From Lingula anatina (Eukaryota; Animalia; Brachiopoda), in assembly GCA_051362555.1 (NCBI GenBank), contig CM120641.1, positions 46,258,401-46,322,400 of the forward strand: a stretch of DNA of 64,000 nt. The letters run 5' to 3'. Both the position numbers and the translations under genes were made by a program. The notes beneath the pieces were generated by a model, which worked only from the letters and a program-made list of their open reading frames with translations, searched no databases and was not told the DNA's origin. This document shows positions 51,237 to 64,000 of the stretch, piece after piece; within the stretch, counting starts at the first letter, position 1; every line of letters begins with the position of its first letter.

Positions 51237-54075
51237 TCAATTTTTCCACTTAACGCCCTGAAAAAAATAGGACACCTAAGTATGGATAAAGACGATTCAA
51301 AACATAATTTTGCATGAACAAATGTTTTTATAAGAAGCAAACTCAAAATTATCAATGTTGCTATTGTGAGCTTTTTCTTGAAAAGTGCTCAGCTGAAAAT
51401 AAATATATAGTATTACAACAAATTACTGAGCTTCCCTCATGTCCCTGCACCAATATCCCAATATTTACAAAAGGCCTATAGATGTCTCCTCACCCTGTCT
51501 TAAACATAACATTTGTCATGAGCAATGTTTTTAATTTGATTGAGCTATTTATGCTGAAACACGGTCACACAAGCCACTTCAGTCTGGCTATTTATTAAAT
51601 TCATTATCATTTTTCTGTTCATGAGTAATGTAGGGTCTAAATGCCAGCATGTCTAATACTTACAGAATTCCTCAAAGCATCTTGAGCATAATACATTTCT
51701 TTGGTATGTGGAGTTAATGTCTGACCATATGCCTGAAGCTGCTGCCTGTCCTTGTGGGCTACTAGGGTCTGGAGATTGAAAAAGTGACCATCATTTGAAA
51801 TGTTAAAATTTGTCATTTTTCAGTGACACTGTAAGGTGCATATTTTTAAATATATATAAAAGAATTCTTTGATGTGCACATTAAAGAAGTCTAGAGATGG
51901 ACTAATAAATTGTTTGGAATGATTTTGCTGAAAAGACGATTGACAATATTATCTGATTACAAAATGACACAATCATCTATTTTATTTTACTGTAATGAGT
52001 TCAATTAAGATTTGTCAGTGAGTAAAATTTCAAATGCTTCAATTGTACCTGAACAAAGAAAAAAAACATTTATAATCTGCTTGATCTTTATAACTGTAGT
52101 TACACACAGTGCAGACCTTGTCTTTTTTCTCCATTTCCCTAACTATACAGTATAAACCCTCCTCTACCCACTTCAACATTTTCCCAGACAGATACCGTCT
52201 CCAAATATTTTTTTTCAACAATGTTCCAAAAACACCATGCAAAAAAAAAAAAATAATAATAATAATAATAATAATAATCTCACACCTATGCAACATCTAG
52301 ATTATACTTCCTAGCTCCTTTTGGCTGAACTAGTTTAACCTGTAGAGGACGAGACCCAGTTTCTGGACTCTGCTTAAATACCTAGTAGCATGTCACATAG
52401 ACTTTATACACATGAATACTCATAACTATTTCATTTATTTATCATATTAACCATTTATTCATAATGATTATCATAATCACCGCCATTATTTAGTAAATTA
52501 CATTATTCAGTTTTCCATTATCTGTCTAATGGCTTACTTATTCGCTCATTTATTTATTTATTTTCACTTCTTGATGGTGTCAGAGCAATTTTTGATTTTT
52601 AATTTTGTTCAACCCAACTTCTTGTTAATGCATTGTTACCTAATGAAAAAGTTCTGTATGGTTAACAGAACAATTATTCAAAACTATGAATTCCCTTTTG
52701 ATAACAGCAATGAAAGACTGTAGGTCATATATAAAGTATGCCTCAACTACTTTGGCCTAGATTTTGGCTAAGCTATTATTTCAGTCAGCTATAATCTCAA
52801 GTGACACTTACATCTATGACAACTTGGTGGCATCCAAATTTCTTCCCCAATGCCAACCTCTTCTCTGGGTCATCCACCAACTGAAGATATTTACTTAAAA
52901 TCTGAAAAACAAAGTTTAAAAGGGTTAATCATGAGCTGGATAAACTTCTAATTCAAATTCAAAAAGAGCATATTATTTTAGGAAAATAATTTTTTATTGT
53001 TAGTACAATTCATATAATATAATTTGACGGATTCTTTTAAATCCATCAGACTTGAAACACTTACATCATTTGGAGCCCCACATTGTTCTAAAACTTGGAC
53101 CACCTTTTCAAAGCCAACTTCACTTTTCATAGACACTTTCCCAAACCAGCTCTAGAATACAAATAATGGTAAAAATTAAAATTAAACTTTTAGAAGAGGT
53201 ACATCTCTTCTTAAACATTTGCACATTATATTGCTATACTTTCAATTAATTTCAATCATCTGACACTTCATTCATTTTAGCATGTTTTGAGACAAAAAAA
53301 TTAATCGTGTGCTTGCTCCTCTGTTCTGCTTCTCACTATAAGCAAAGATCCATATATGTTTTGTAATGGCTCTATCTTTTTAATGAGGACAAATGTGAAT
53401 TTTTAAAAAAGCAATTTTAAGTAATAGATTTTTAGAACATTCCTATTTTGAGTGGTAGCAACATAACTGAAAAGCAGGCTCCTTTGTTGTTCTATTCAGT
53501 ACAGTAAAAGAACCACAAATGCCACACAAAAATATTTTAATAATTCTAAAATCATCTATCTAAAAATATGATAATTTTTCTTCATTGAAAAGCTCAAGTC
53601 ATTGCTGTACAAAATAATTTATGTGAATTTCTTGCAAAAAAAATTATTATTAAAAATGGCTCCACCCACCTTAGATTGAAATAACGTTTCCAAAGCTATC
53701 CACAGTTTTCGTTTGGCCAGAGCTCTTAGAGCTGTCCACAGGAACTCTTTCTCTGTTAGATGATAAGCTTTCTTAATGGCCTGAGGACTAGCTAGTGAAT
53801 TCTGAAAATTATTAGGACATAAATAAATCTGTGAAGTCTATGTTGTAAAATCAAAAACCTTTTGTAAAAACTAAATGAAAATTAAACAGTCTGCATGATT
53901 TGAATTAATAAAACTAGATTCTTTTTTATCTTGCATAAAAGTCAGTCATGTTACCAAGAACCTTTAAAGAAGGGTTGAAGTTGGATCTATTTCGTGTGAA
54001 ACATATTTAATATTACAAAAAAATATAGAATATTGTACCAACTTTAAATAGTTTTCTACTTTTGTATGGGAATGA

Positions 54076-54135
<60 letters not shown>

Positions 54136-56751
54136 AAAAATAAAAAATGAGATACTATACCTCTGCTAATTCATAATGATAAAAACAGCAGTAATACAGG
54201 GTGGTAAGGACAGACATGTTAATGAGAGACGCTTTCCGTGGAAAATCATAAAATATTCTTGATTTTTGCTCTTGCTGTGCTAAGGCATCTGCTTTCTGCA
54301 AAAAATAAGGAAACAAAAAAAATCCAGTCTAGCTAATATTCAAAGTAGTCAACTCTGCATTCACTGTCAGCACATTATTCAACATATAAAATGCAGAGTC
54401 TTCTACAAATGAATCCCACAAACTTAAGCTCTACCCTGCACTTACATCTATTGGCATCTGTCTTTCAAGGAGAGATATCTGCTCCTGTACATGGCTTGCG
54501 TCATGGGCTAGATCTGGGTTCATCTCAAAGTGAGTCCTGAAAGAAAAGAATAAACTCATGAACCAGACATACACAATGTCAATGAAGAAAGCAGATCGGT
54601 AAAACAATGAAGAAGTGAGGTCAATTGGCCTACTTATAATCTTAATTAATTTGTGAAAATGACTTCATATAACATATTACAATGGAATGCAATCAAGCAA
54701 TCCCTGTAGAAATGGACTGAAAACTTACCTGTAGCACTGCTGTAAATTTTTAACCTTAGTTTCAGGTCTTCTAGTGGATATGGCTTGTTTATATTTTAAC
54801 ATCTAGAAAAAGATGAATGTGGCTGATAAAAATAAAGACAACTCTAATTTCGGTGAAAAAATGTCACAACAGTTTTGTGTGTCCTAAATGTTCATCAATG
54901 CTCCATCTTTGACTTATTTTTGTAATTCAAATTCCTTTTATTTTGTTCGTGCAAAATTATGACTAATTGAAATTTTTAAAACATTATTGGCATTAAATGA
55001 ATGTAAGTTTATAATAGAAAACCAATTTATATTCATCCTTTCTCTTCCATTGCTAATCTACAACAGGCATGATATGGCACTTTAAGGATAAAACAACTTT
55101 TTGACTTACTGCTGCCTCTTCCCCTCGATTTAATACTCTGAAAAATATAAAACATAACATCTAATCCCTTAAACTGTAGATTACTAAATTTCAAATTAAT
55201 AAGGTTGATTGTAAACATCACATTGGCAATTACAAAACAAGTACTCTATAAAACTTCTTAAAATGTAAAGTCTCAACCAAATATTTCTTAGAATCACAGC
55301 TTCCTTTGAAAAAAAAAAACATTCACAGCATATTATGAAAGTGATAATTGACCCAAATTTGTTTTACAGTAAAAACTGATTCACAATTCTTAGCTTTATA
55401 TAGAAAGGTCCTCAAGTTCAGAGGTTTCCCTAGGAAAGTTCTTACCCTAACATATCAAAAGTTTCCTCAAGATAGTTCTTACCCTAACATATTAAAAATT
55501 TCCTCAAGATAGTTCTTACCCTAACATGTCAATGAAGTCCTCAAGTTCATAGGCCTCCCTAAGATAGTTCTTACCCTAACATGTCAATGAGGTCCTCAAG
55601 TTCATAGGCCTCCCTAAGACCCCATTCCCAGAGATTAGATCGATCTACTTTAGATCGACCTAACTCCCTGGGGGTTCACGCTAAATAGCTGTCAGCCGAG
55701 CCGGCACGAAAGTTAATTACCCCCTTACAGCTTGTAGTAGGCGGGACGGACATTTAAGCCTGATTATCTGACAGTAATCTAGTGAGACTCCCCGCGGGGA
55801 TAGATCGATCTAAAAGCTCTGGGAATACGCCCTAAGATAGTTCTTACCCTAACATATCAATTAGGTCCTCAAGTTCATAGGCCTCCCTAAGATAGTTCAG
55901 ATATTGACTGATGGCAGTCGGTCTGCTGCGTAACTCTTGGTGAAACAATGAACTCTTTAGAGTGGACTTCAGAAACAGGACAGCCTGAAATATATGATAA
56001 AAGGAAACTTGAATCTCCCGTGACAAAGAGTCTTAACGAGAAACAAAACTGCCCACAACATGTTAATATAAGAAATGCAGGATGAATTATTTACAATAGA
56101 AACAGAACAGCACACTAAGTTCAACACACATTTGGAGCAGACTGCAGAAGATTTAATTAGTCCACAAATTGAAACATATTAGAACAAATCAGATAACCAT
56201 CTAAGGCCTGAGATTTGACACATCAAAATGTATGTTCTTAATCACAGTAACCACACAATTAAACATACTTTACCCATTATAAATATTTCACTGCAATTAA
56301 CATAATAAATGACAGATCTGTACATTTTTAGATCCACAACTTTGTAAACCTTCCATTTTCTAGTGAAGAACACTTTTAAGCATTATAAATATTTTTTTGA
56401 GAATTTGCAGTTATATTATTGCTAACTTACTGCTATGATAGCATTTCCATCACAGCTTTCAATGGCTTCATCTAACAGTGCCAACTTGTCTTCTCTGGAT
56501 CTGTACATCTCAAGGTTATAGGACTGAAATCAATTTGGAAACAAAATTGAAATTATCTATTTCTGTAATATTGAAACAATATCAAATAATCAATATCATT
56601 ATATGGAAACTATACTGAATAATCAAACAATATTTTGCAATGATAAGTAATTGATGAAGAAATCAAATATTGGCCTGAATGATTGACTGTCATGAACAAG
56701 ATTTTACAATAATCAGTTAAATGTTAATTAATTCATTAATTTTGTGGAGCT

Positions 56752-56784
<33 letters not shown>

Positions 56785-59700
56785 CAATGGGATTTTTGAT
56801 TTATTGTTTCTCTTACTTCTCCCATCAGCATTCTTCTAACTGTTTCTTTAACAGGTAACAGCGCCCACCTTTCTCGCTTAGCAGACTGTATCAAATAGCG
56901 CATGAAATTAGAAATAGAAAACACTACGTATATAATCTTGTCATATTATGACCTAATCATTATTTATCTTGAACAAACCTTATGGAATGGGGTTTTCTGT
57001 GGTTTTTAGGTGAAAGTAATATGAACACAGCATAACAAATGTTCCTGTCTTTAAGAGTTCAAGTTATACAGTCTTCTATACAGAAATAAAAGAAACTAGT
57101 AATACGGAGATCATATACTCTATAGGCACACCTGACAGCAAAGTGAAATAGTGCTCTATGTATTTTTTCCTTTGTAATCTAGTTGAATTATTTCTTTCTT
57201 TTGCAACATTTTTATTTTTAGTTACCCAAAAATATGTACTTTCTGACACAAAGTCAAGCAGCTTTTCAAACCTTTTGAATGAGCATATAAAGTCTTAAAA
57301 ACAAAATGCTGTTCTGTAAAATAAACATTATCAATACATTCTGTAAGAATTTCATGAGCATCTACCATATATAAATCTAGATTTGAAAGGGTATGAATAA
57401 TAAAAGGGCTAATGATTTATGTTGCATACCTGAACTGATCTCTTGAGAAAGTTGATTTCTGCTTCCTTCTTGGCAAGCTCTGCTGCTGAAGGCACTTTTG
57501 GCTTTGGTTTTGATTGTGATACCACTATAGTGAGAAGTTGGCATTTTAATCATATGTAACAATAAAAACAATAAATACAATAATCAAGAGGCTAAAGAAC
57601 TGTAAAATAACTTTCAGATGAGTAGCCGTTGACTGCTAAACAGTTTTAAATCAAGTAGTGATAGCAAGGATAAAAATACCTTCTCTTTTTTCCCTGAATC
57701 AATGTGTCCTGGGGATCAGCATTGACTGGTTACTGTTGAGCATCATTAATATGTTCAACAATTTAACTGTGACCACTCATACTTCAACTGCTTTCAGTTT
57801 AAACTCTACAAATATGTTGCACTTACTTTCATCTATACTCAAGCCTGAGGTTCCTGCAGAACTGCCTGAAACAATATCAAACTCCTTTCAATTTGTTTCC
57901 TGATCAAAAGTTTGGCTTACCTCAAATTACATATTTATTCAGCAACACTAAATTTAGCATATCTACTAGTAAATATTATTTATAGTTGAAAAAAATATAT
58001 TATCATGGTCAGTTAAAAGAACAGTATCCTTTAAGCCACATTTCAGTTACATGATAAAAAGACAAGTCAATAATAATTAACCAAAAGTTTGTTTGCCTGA
58101 GCAGACCTTTTCATTCAACTGTCCCTCTTTTGACAAAAGCTAGACCCAATTTCAAACCCAAAGTATTTTTTGCCTGAACATGCCAAACCATGTAATGTCA
58201 GAAGTTGGTTTTGAATTCCCAGTCCAAAGAAGGTTAAAGTATTTTAAATACACCTTGTAGGTTACATATTTATAAGCTCTATTCAGCAATCCTATCACTC
58301 ACCTACAGTCAGACTTGCCGACCTGGAATGTGTCAATCCGCTGCTCAACGATGATGATGGGCTGGCAGAAGAGAGGCCAGGCGCAGATCGCCCAGTGGTA
58401 AGACTACTTGAGCCAGCGAGATTGCTACTGGTGCTGTGCTCTGGAGGCTTGTAGCGCGCTGACATGCTGAAACCTGAATATCAAAGTAAGATAATCAAAT
58501 TTATCTAAAATGTATAGGTTATAAAGTTAAGTACAGGAAAAGGTAGCTTAAAGCAAACCAAAAAAATATTTTACTTGAAATGATCAAATATTCTCAAATA
58601 ATTTCAAAAACCATCATATCAGCACTCATTTCAATTATAAATACATTTATAATGTTGAAACATACCAACAGATGGCTTTGCTGGTGTTGCTGGTGTTCCA
58701 TCAAAATTGATGACATCCTCATCTTCTTCATCATCAAATATTGAGTTCAAACCCCCAAGTGTCCTTTTGGCAGTGACCAAAGCATCCTGATAGTAAAAAG
58801 CATTGTTGTGATATTTTCAATAAGATTTCACTGCAATTACTGTAAAGATTATCTATAATATCTTTAATTGCTTCACTGTTTAGGCACCTACAAGTGCGTT
58901 AGGGACAAAAGTAGTATAATCCAAATAAAAAACAAATGTCAATGCAAATGAATACTTTATTCTTTTCTTTTGTAACTGATTTAAATAATGCATGACAATC
59001 AGTTCAAAGGTTTTTTTTTCTTTTTTAAAATCTTATCTTGGCATTTCATTGAGGATGGCAAGTGCAGTCAGCAGAGCCATTTCGATGATGGCACTAGTGT
59101 TCTAAATATTAAATAAATAAATTAAAGCCTGGAGCTGAATAATTAAATTTAAAGGTAAATCTGTTGTCAAATCAAACAGTTTAACTGCATTACTAACATC
59201 ATCTCCAAACAAGTTGGCCTGCTTTTTAATGGATGATGATGCCCAGAATTCTTCATTTGCTTGTTCGTCGAAACTCTGGAAACAAAAATGACAGACTACA
59301 AAAATATTAAGAAACCAAGTACTTATTTATCATTACACTTTGCTGGAGTAACAGCTGACATACAAAGGTAGACGGTCTGCTAGCATGATTTTTATTAAAA
59401 TAATTGAAGTGTTTAGTTTTGTGTGATCGTTTATTGTAAGTGTTTTTTTTTTCTTTTGCACAATCGAACATGTCATTAAAAATAAATGTACTTATTCATC
59501 TTGCACAATCAAACATTTTATTTAGAACCAATGTCCTTATTCATCTTGGCTTCCCTTACATGTATTAAAACTTAAAATGTTGTAGACGAGACGTGTTGCA
59601 GAAAAAATATATAAATAGCAGTCAGAATCCGCCATCAGATGACCCTCAACTCAAAGTTTTTTAAAGATCAATAAATATGTTCTTAATCAGATAACAAACA

Positions 59701-59798
59701 AAATCAGTTGCAGAAGTGGTTGTGGTAGCTATCAGTCGATTTCACTTCTTAAACAACCCTGTTGCATATCTTACCTTCCTCGATCTGGTGGCTGCCAT
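51237..59798 (-). CDS. VIPAS39: VIPAS39 / SPE-39 / VPS16B (VPS33B-interacting, CHEVI complex), about 18 exons; first 59798-59775, last 51257-51237
   Basis: Exon translations include EEFWASSS, SYNLEMYRSREDKLALLDEAIESCDGNAIIA|AVLFLKSTL, QISLLERQMPID, FPRKASLINMSVLTTLYYCCFYHY, SLASPQAIKKAYHLTEKEFLWTAL and C-terminal VKWKN* (human ends IRWKN as recalled). Junctions are GT-AG and in phase. Confidence 0.92.
54076..54132. repeat. (TG)n microsatellite
   Basis: Perfect TG run. Confidence 0.95.
55405..55898 (-). repeat. Tandem array (55-bp and 37-bp units) made of the 3' end of a VIPAS39 exon plus its GTAAG donor, interrupted by a MITE
   Basis: CTTACCCTAACA (minus strand TGTTAGG|GTAAG) occurs at 55441, 55478, 55515, 55570 and 55843 (the true donor). 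The units copy exon codons NYLREAYELEDLIDMLG. Confidence 0.92.
55618..55832 (-). mobile_element. 215-bp MITE (PIF/Harbinger-Tourist-like), copy 2, with 3-bp TSD TAA
   Basis: TIR cores ATTCCCAGAG / CTCTGGGAAT, and TAA at 55615-17 and 55833-35. The neighbouring uninterrupted 55-bp repeat unit gives the exact empty site (spacing 273 = 55 + 215 + 3). Confidence 0.88.
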
Positions 59799-60096
59799 TT
59801 TTGTTGTGTCAGGTCAGTCCAAAATTTAACTTCCTCAAATAAAATTTGACACACTCAAAAGGTAATAACAAATTATTCAGAGTTGATTATCAGAAATATA
59901 TATATTATAAACCAATGAGCAACTCAATACGTATATTCTTTGTAAAATGATATCCGGTATCAAACTATTTGTTTTTCTTGTATTGGGCGTGAAATAGCTA
60001 CACAACAACCTGCCCCCCCCCCCTCCATCTTGGACTTGCCCAAGGAATTACCCTGTAGAGGTGAAAATCACGTGCCAGTAACAGAACGTAAACAAG
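59799..60096. promoter_or_regulatory. Bidirectional promoter VIPAS39/LGMN with an E-box/CLEAR-like TCACGTG at 60068-60074
   Basis: Divergent ATGs are 298 bp apart. ATCACGTGCC lies ~22 bp before the legumain ATG, and the VIPAS39 ATG is in AAAATGGCAGCC context. Confidence 0.55.
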
Positions 60097-63000
60097 ATGG
60101 AGAGAGGAGCATCAATGCTGCTGGCGGTCCTGCTAATATCAGCTGTTAAATGCAGCATACTAGACAATGAGATTGAGCAATTTATTAAAGGTGCTACAAC
60201 AGGAAAACACTGGGCTTTAATCGTAGCAGGATCTAGTGGTTGGTTTAACTACAGACACCAGGTAATCGAAGTTTGTGTACTAAGGCACAAGTTTATCTTT
60301 GTTATCGTACTGAGTATCAGTGGCGATTAATAGAGGTACCAGGATATTTTCCTTTTAGGCAAAATTTTGGAAAAACCAAATTATGTGACAAAGCAGAATT
60401 TCACTAATTGATATAGATACTGTATCTCAGTTTATTCACACCCTTATAAGTAACAAGAGATCAACATTTTAATTTAAGGATAATTTTAAGATATTTTTCT
60501 TAATAATAATTTAAGTTTTATTTCTTTTTCTAATTAGGCAGATGTTTGCCATGCTTATCATGTTCTCCACAGCCATGGAATTCCAGATGAGAGAATTGTT
60601 GTCATGATGTATGATGATATCGCTCAAAATAGAAGGTGATTGCAATTGCATTTTCCGCTTTTTTAATTGTTGGTATTGGATTACATGGTTTTTGTACATT
60701 TTTAGAGAGTATTTGTGATAATTTACTTTTTTTAATACTCTGGTATTTTAAAAATGTTTTTTGCATCTCTTTGGGATAATAAAAACACTGATGAAGGATG
60801 ATGTAACTATTCATTGTGCATATAGAATTCTAAGTAAATGACCTCAGGATTTCTTTCTCCTCAGAATGTCTGATTGAAATATATTTTTTCTATTTTTTTT
60901 CTTTTTTCCAGAAATCCCACCCCAGGCAAAATTATCAACAGACCAAATGGTCCAGATGTGTACAAAGGGGTGCCCAAGGACTATGTAGGAAAGGTATAGA
61001 AACCATTGTTTTATTTTATTAATTTTAAAGATTATTTAGCAGTTTTGGCCAACATCACAGTTTTTACTTGAAATTTGTAGATCTATTGTCAAACATCTGA
61101 TTAACAGTAGAAGACAATGGAAATCTATAATAATATGCATAATTGCAACCTTGGTAACCCTGAATAAATATAAAGTAGCATCTGCATGAGAAGTTGTGTC
61201 AATATACTCAACTTTTCCACATTGGGAAACAATGTGGACATAGATCATTGTATTTTAATTTGGTCATGCTTTGAGTCACATGATATTGACTGGATCTTGA
61301 AAAAATACCACCTGATGCAAAGTTAGGATCCTGACACTTAATGCAGGTACAAAAAAGAAAAAAAGAAGATAAAAAGATACGTGTTAAATAATAAACTACT
61401 GTGTGAAATTAGGTAGTGGTAGTACCAGTCTTGGGTAGCAATAAATTTTTATATTATTCAAGATAAAGAAAAGGGGTGGTTTGTATGCTCTTTGTTAATA
61501 GCTGTGTTGAGTGGTATTACTCAGCATGCTGTTACACAGTTTTATTATGTGCAAATAAAGGCACAGATTAAGCACCTGGCAATTCTGCTGGCAATTAGCT
61601 AATTAATGCAATTTCTTTCTGTCTTGGTTTTGTGTAATTTAACAGAAACACAAACCACAATGTTCTTATTCTATCTTTAGCATCAAACAACATTCATTTG
61701 TAGGATTTGTGGGAAAGGAAATAGTGAGCTCCCTAGCTGTTATGACCTTTCTTTGTAAAGGGGATAGATATGGAAAGATAATGTAGAAAATTATAGTTTT
61801 AAGGTTATGATTATAAAAAAGCAAAGTCAGCTTTTTGACTTGTTGGTTTTACTTCGGTGAGTTGTTGGGATAAGTCCGTTGTAAAGCGTGCATTAACTTC
61901 CTCTGTATTTATGGAAATAAGTCTGTTGAGGTTGTGACTTGGCATAAGATATACATTTGCCAAAGTTTTACCAGTAACAAGTGCAGCTAGGTAGTCGAGA
62001 CCACCTGTCTTTTGATGCAGTTTCTGAGACAAATAATAAATTTATGATTAAAGTAAGCGTGACTGAAAGTATACGTTTATTTCAGACACCTGTAGTAATT
62101 CATTGGAGGTTAAGAGGTTTTGCCAAAATAAACCTCGTCTTATTAAAAGCCTGATAATTTCTTACTGGGCTTTTTCATAAATAATGCAGTTGGATTTTGT
62201 TGCTTCGGCAGTGGAGTTAAGACCCCACCCCCCTTTAAGATCCTGGATACAGCTGTATTGGTCACTTATTGCCCTATGTAGCCAGATAAATCCAGATTTA
62301 TAACTAGTAGAACATTAAAATGCTATGTCCATATTTACTGACAGAGTCTGAGAGAGAGTTTGGTTAATATTTTACAGTTGGCACTAGTTTGACATGTAAA
62401 TATACTGCAACCTGGTTAAATTTTAACCTAAGTGAATGAGATACAGTTGGTTTGCAGGAATGTACTTTTTTATCTTTCTTCATGATATATAGATTTTTCG
62501 CCTTTGAATGAACATTACCATTACAACCTTGTGATGTTAGTAACTTACGATAGCAAGTCAAAGTGGAACGAAACAAGATATCAAATTCTAATGTATAGCG
62601 AGGCAAATTGCCAAGTATTAAAAAGTATCGAAACCGAAAGCAATAGGTTTTTTTTTAGCAGAGCGCTTTTGACTAGCTTGGCTGTGTGCCCAGAAATGTT
62701 TTGTTCGAATTCATCATTATGATGTGTGTGATTGAGGTTAGACTGAGTACACTTTTCTTCTGTAGGAATTATCATGTACTGAAGTAATGCAGATACAATA
62801 TCTTTCCATTTGAAGGTCTCCTGTGTCAGAGCATCATGTGCTTTAGCACACTTTAGCCAGGTCTCTGTCACCTGTGTGTTCAACAAGTACTTGGGATATT
62901 GACATGTGGAGTGAAATTGTGTTTGCATACAGTCTGGAGTGTCATTATGGTCAATATCTCAGGGGGGAGGGGGGGGGGGCACGTGTTGTGTGTGTGTTGA

Positions 63001-63985
63001 TGGGGAGGGTTTCATAAGTACATATTACTCCTACCAATGGCAATTACAAGTGAACAAAAGCATTCATTTAATGCCCCTCCTAAATATAGTCATAACTTCA
63101 GAGTTTATTAAAGGGAGACATTGAAGATAAAGGTTTTATAATAACTTTATTCCCAGAAACCTTCCAACTTTTGAAAAAATGAAATTTTCAAAAATATTTC
63201 TCAATATCACAAATGGAGCAAATGGGGACCAATTAAATATTTAAAGTTGAATGCCTACTTTTTTATAATTTTGCTATTACACAACATGTCATTTGCAATT
63301 TTAACTTCATTGGTTTTTAATTGTTTTTACTGAATATATTTTCAGACAGTGACTCCAGAAAACTTCCTGAGTGTATTGCAAGGTAACAAGAAGGCTCTTG
63401 GCAATCTGGGCAGTGGGAAGGTGATTAACAGGTAGGTGCTTCAGAGAGAAACCTTGGTAAACTTGGTTAGTAAAAACATTTTGCATTTTACTTTTGATAC
63501 ATAACTAGGGTCATTAGAATGACTCTCCAACATACCATAAAGTTTTCACTATGGAGTTTATTGGAAAGAATTGTTTTCTCATTATAACAGTATCAGTGTG
63601 TTTAGAATATGTATTCATTTCAGTGGGCCCAATGACCACATATTTGTCAACTTTGTGGACCATGGTGGACCAGGGGTGCTGGCATTTCCTCGTGGGGAGG
63701 TATAATAATTGATCTGATATTGGAATTAATTGATTGAAATATGATGAAATCACTCTAAAGATTTCATGCAATTGAAAAAAATATCATTGTTTATTGTTAG
63801 TAGATAAGCAACCTGCATTTTTTTGCTCACACAGTCCATAATTTTATCTTTGTCACATTTAAATGCACCATTTTTTCTTTTAAACATGAATAAGATTTAA
63901 ATTCAAGTTCTCTTCATTTTAGCTTCATGCCAAGGCTTTGAACAAAGCTTTGAAAGACATGTATGATAAAAAGAAATTTGCAAAG
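60097..63985 (+). CDS. LGMN: Legumain (asparaginyl endopeptidase, peptidase C13), 5' part; exons 60097-60261, 60538-60634, 60912-60993, 63346-63431, 63624-63699, 63923-63985, continuing beyond the window
   Basis: Signal peptide followed by [19 protein letters not shown]|[55 protein letters not shown] and [14 protein letters not shown] (catalytic His). Confidence 0.97.
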
Positions 63986-64000
63986 GTAAGATGATGTATT

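Noticed and set aside
60789-60873. Possible C/D-box snoRNA in legumain intron 2 (TGATGA ... CTGA)
   Set aside because: No terminal stem, no rRNA-complementary guide I could recognise, and it is only ~38 nt from the acceptor. It would need a snoscan or Infernal run.
1086-62979. Scattered poly-G/poly-C runs (~1086, 2906, 19057, 26631, 30530, 34750, 60013, 62962)
   Set aside because: Homopolymers associated with degenerate repeat remnants. Their lengths are error-prone and show no consistent positional pattern.

Overview
AT-rich, intron-containing animal DNA, most likely a marine invertebrate such as a mollusc or other lophotrochozoan (inferred from repeat types and protein divergence). There is no prokaryotic content. 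I rebuilt six spliced genes by hand from GT-AG junctions and reading phase. They form three head-to-head pairs: FMC1(-)/IGBP1(+), whose ATGs are only 52 bp apart; a long Expanded/FRMD6-like FERM gene(-)/THADA-like(+); and VIPAS39(-)/legumain(+), the last cut by the window end. Mobile DNA includes a 2.6-kb non-autonomous Helitron/HINE carrying a higher-order 146-bp satellite, two copies of a 215-bp MITE with 3-bp TSDs, and a ~330-bp TIR element. The most unusual recurring structure is the 'splice-donor echo': tandem copies of an exon 3' end plus its 5' splice site stacked in the following intron. It is clear in VIPAS39 and the Expanded-like gene and degenerate in THADA. Most ORF-track entries are spurious or partial exons. 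Gene identities rest on recalled protein motifs, not database searches.
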